Of a DNA stretch of 64,000 nucleotides, positions 62,276 to 64,000 are shown piece after piece. This DNA is from an uncultured Chloroflexia bacterium (GTDB taxonomy: Bacteria > Chloroflexota > Limnocylindria > Limnocylindrales > CSP1-4). The translations under genes were made by a program, and so were the position numbers. Within the stretch, counting starts at the first letter, position 1. Each line of letters opens with the position of its first letter. The DNA lies in the NCBI GenBank assembly GCA_963752475.1, contig CAVVYR010000001.1, positions 32,001 to 96,000 of the forward strand, in the 5' to 3' direction. The notes beneath the pieces are model-generated. The model had not been told where the DNA came from. It did not search any database and worked only from the letters and a program-made list of their open reading frames with translations.

Positions 62276-63391
62276 TCAGCTCTCCCGGGTAAGCCAGCGC
62301 TGGACGAGCGAGACGACCAGCACGAGTGCGAAGAAGACGACAGCGATCGTCGAGCCGTAGGCGATGTCCTGGCGCTCGAATCCACGCTGCACCGCCTGGA
62401 AGATCACCGTCTGGGTGGCATCCAACGGGCCGCCCTGCGTCATCACATCGATCTGCGTGAAGAGCGCAAAGGCCTGGATGGTGATGACGATGAAGACGAA
62501 TACGGCGGTGTTGCGCAGGCCCGGCCAGGTCACGTTGCGGAACTGCCCCCAACGGCCGGCGCCATCGATCTGCGCGGCCTCGTAGAGCACGAACGGGATG
62601 GTCTGCAGCCCCGCCAGCCAGATGATCATGTGGAAGCCGACGCCCTGCCACACGGACATGATCATGACCGCGGGCAACGCCGACCCCTGCTCGCCGAGCC
62701 AGTCGAGCGCGGGCCAGGCGCCGAGCGTGAAGATCCCGAGCACCTGGTTGATCAACCCGTCGCTGGCATACAGCAGCGACCACAGGATCGACACCACGAC
62801 CATCGAGATGATGACCGGGATGAAGTAGGCGCTGCGGAAGATGTTCACTCCGCGGATGCGCTTGTTGATGATGAGTGCAAGGAGCAGACCGAGCCCACCC
62901 TGGGCGGGCACGATGAAGAGCGCGAAGACGAAGGTGTTGATGAGCGCCGTCAGGAACGTCGCATCACCCGCCAGCAGGACCAGCTTGTCATCGCCGATGT
63001 CGAAGGAGCGCCACTCCTGGAGGCCGTCGTACTGCGGGTAGTCGGGGTTGTCACGCGTGTAGAAGCGGGTGCGCTCGTAGGTGAAGTTGCCATCCTCATC
63101 GAGGATGGGCAGGCCGCTCTCGTCGACCAACGGCTCCAGGGTCAGGATCTGGACGGTGAGCAGCCGCTCGTAGTTGTCCGTGCCCACGAACTCGGTGGGA
63201 TTCGGTGACAACAGCCGCTGATTGGTGAACGAGAGGACGAAGGCCAGGATGAATGGGGCGATGAGGAACATCGCCAGCAGGAACATGGCCGGCCCGGCCA
63301 TGAACCAGGCCCAGCGCCCTTCGCCGCCATAGGCGACGCGTTCGCTCCTGGATCCCTTCGGCGCGGGGCCCGGTTTCGTCGTGGCCGTCAT
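62276..63391 (-). CDS. Carbohydrate ABC transporter permease
   Basis: LYEAAQIDGA, FVG.DNY and MTQGGP motifs. Confidence 0.95.
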   Translation of the reverse strand: MTATTKPGPAPKGSRSERVAYGGEGRWAWFMAGPAMFLLAMFLIAPFILAFVLSFTNQRLLSPNPTEFVGTDNYERLLTVQILTLEPLVDESGLPILDEDGNFTYERTRFYTRDNPDYPQYDGLQEWRSFDIGDDKLVLLAGDATFLTALINTFVFALFIVPAQGGLGLLLALIINKRIRGVNIFRSAYFIPVIISMVVVSILWSLLYASDGLINQVLGIFTLGAWPALDWLGEQGSALPAVMIMSVWQGVGFHMIIWLAGLQTIPFVLYEAAQIDGAGRWGQFRNVTWPGLRNTAVFVFIVITIQAFALFTQIDVMTQGGPLDATQTVIFQAVQRGFERQDIAYGSTIAVVFFALVLVVSLVQRWLTRES

Positions 63392-63425
63392 CGCTCTCGT
63401 CCCTCGGTGCGTGCGTTAGCCGGTG

Positions 63426-63457
63426 TCGCCGGTCGTCGCTCGAGCGACGACCGGCGA
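63426..63457. other. 32-bp perfect palindrome between the SBP and permease genes (mRNA stabilising/attenuating hairpin)
   Basis: TCGCCGGTCGTCGCTC-GAGCGACGACCGGCGA. Confidence 0.8.
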
Positions 63458-63468
63458 TGGCACGACAG

Positions 63469-64000
63469 CTACTCGGAGAATCCGTAGCCGTTGTTGGCCT
63501 CGATATCGGCCTCGATCTCGTCGACGGCCGCGTCGAGCGTGGTCTGCACGTCAGCCCCGTTGGCGATGTCGAGCAGCGCCTCCCGGAAGATCAGCGCCAT
63601 CGTGGCGTAGCCGGGCGTGGGCGGACGAATGAGGGACTGGGCCTCGGAGAGATCGAAGAAGACCTCCAAGGGACCGCCTTCCTGGTAGTTCTCGGTCAGC
63701 TCGAGTGCCGCCTGGCTGGCCGGGAACAGGCCGATGGTGTTCGACCACATGGCCAAGTACTCCGGCTGCAGCGCGAACTCGATGAAGGCGTTGGCGCCCT
63801 CGGGAGCCTCGCAGTCGGGGGTCACGCCCCACTGCCACGAACCGGCGCCGATGGTCGGACCGGTGCCCGCGCCGTTGCCGAGATCAGCCGCCGGCAGGAA
63901 CAGCAGGTCGTCGACCGACTCGCCGTTCGCCTCGAAGCCCTCGATGGTGGGCACACCGCGCCAGTTGCCGTTCCACTGCATGGCGTAGTTGCCGCCGATG
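63469..64000 (-). CDS. Sugar ABC transporter substrate-binding protein (partial; runs off the window)
   Basis: AMQWNGNW, GSWQWGV and RPPTPGY motifs; directly upstream of two permeases. Confidence 0.9.
   Translation of the reverse strand, partial: IGGNYAMQWNGNWRGVPTIEGFEANGESVDDLLFLPAADLGNGAGTGPTIGAGSWQWGVTPDCEAPEGANAFIEFALQPEYLAMWSNTIGLFPASQAALELTENYQEGGPLEVFFDLSEAQSLIRPPTPGYATMALIFREALLDIANGADVQTTLDAAVDEIEADIEANNGYGFSE

Overview
This is a high-GC bacterial window. Its gene style suggests a monoderm such as Chloroflexota or Actinomycetota (inference only). I saw no rRNA, tRNA, CRISPR array or transposase. (1) 0-14 kb holds a rhodanese, a serine hydrolase, an ECF sigma/anti-sigma pair divergent from an ApbE plus di-heme membrane reductase (flavinylation) operon with mirror-image twin promoters, two toxin-antitoxin pairs, a phosphodiesterase-phospholipase A2 fusion, aqpZ, a secreted msrA and a DUF3179 protein. 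(2) 14-57.4 kb is a large surface-polysaccharide locus: many GT2/GT61/GT39 enzymes, methyl-, pyruvyl- and sulfotransferases, wzm/wzt, rmlA/C/D and a priming sugar transferase. About 14.3-43 kb is heavily frameshifted, probably from sequencing error, so coordinates there are approximate. The locus includes a tight operon of priming transferase, a 'half-SBP' tandem protein, a sortase with an internal sorting-like motif and a DUF4012 (LCP-like?) protein, divergent from three very basic GH26 paralogs. (3) 57.5-64 kb is a sugar ABC importer with GH32, a sucrose-phosphate-synthase-like GT4, a GalT/HIT-like nucleotidyltransferase and a P-loop kinase. The best candidates for an undescribed system are the sortase/DUF4012/half-SBP envelope module and the ECF-controlled flavinylation module, which lacks a canonical FMN-acceptor.
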